A stretch of DNA of 61,321 nucleotides, counting the filler, from Squatina squatina (taxonomy: Eukaryota): NCBI GenBank assembly GCA_031763465.1. It is 4 parts of 3 records of this genome, joined end to end, with 100 filler letters (N's around TTAATTAATTAA, not from the genome) between each part and the next. Parts side by side here need not be neighbours in the genome. Positions count along the whole stretch, not along the records: positions 48,529 to 61,321 come from JARFOE010000004.1; 3 more parts are not named here. One strand, written 5' to 3'. The notes below the pieces were generated by a model that worked only from the letters and a program-made list of their open reading frames with translations, was not told the DNA's origin and ran no database searches. Positions 61,233 to 61,321 of the stretch are shown here, in pieces. Within the stretch, counting starts at the first letter, position 1. The number at the start of each line of letters is the position of its first letter. Made by a program: the position numbers and the translations under genes.

Positions 61233-61321
61233 GCCGAATTAAGATGGACAACCTAGCTTATAGGGTTATTTTCAATCTACAAAGTAGGCAATTTTCATAT
61301 ACTACACTGCCACGCTGCTAT

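Overview
Vertebrate genomic DNA, very likely a shark or other cartilaginous fish (Deu-domain tRNA SINEs, CR1, L2, Penelope, RTE and Harbinger remnants). It is a fragmented assembly with many fixed 100-N gaps, and it is not one locus. Three artificial N44-TTAATTAATTAA-N44 linkers (about 20036-20135, 34761-34860 and 48429-48528) join four blocks. Block 1 holds SPATA20 and TSEN54 exons (minus strand) plus several unassigned exon-like segments. Block 2 holds one MSI2 exon in repeat-rich DNA. Block 3 holds a complete adrenomedullin (ADM) gene and an unidentified terminal exon. Block 4 holds TRIM54 exons, a convergent urotensin-I/urocortin-1 gene and a UCKL1-like exon. The most notable observations concern the two peptide-hormone genes. 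The urotensin-I/UCN1 precursor carries both a nonsense codon and a frameshift upstream of an intact 41-aa mature peptide. The ADM gene needs a GC-AG intron, encodes a PAMP-like peptide lacking its amidation Gly and an AM1/AM2-mosaic mature peptide, and has an 18-nt copy of its processing-site sequence in intron 3. All gene calls come from manual translation and recalled similarity to known proteins; no database search was run. Repeat boundaries are approximate.
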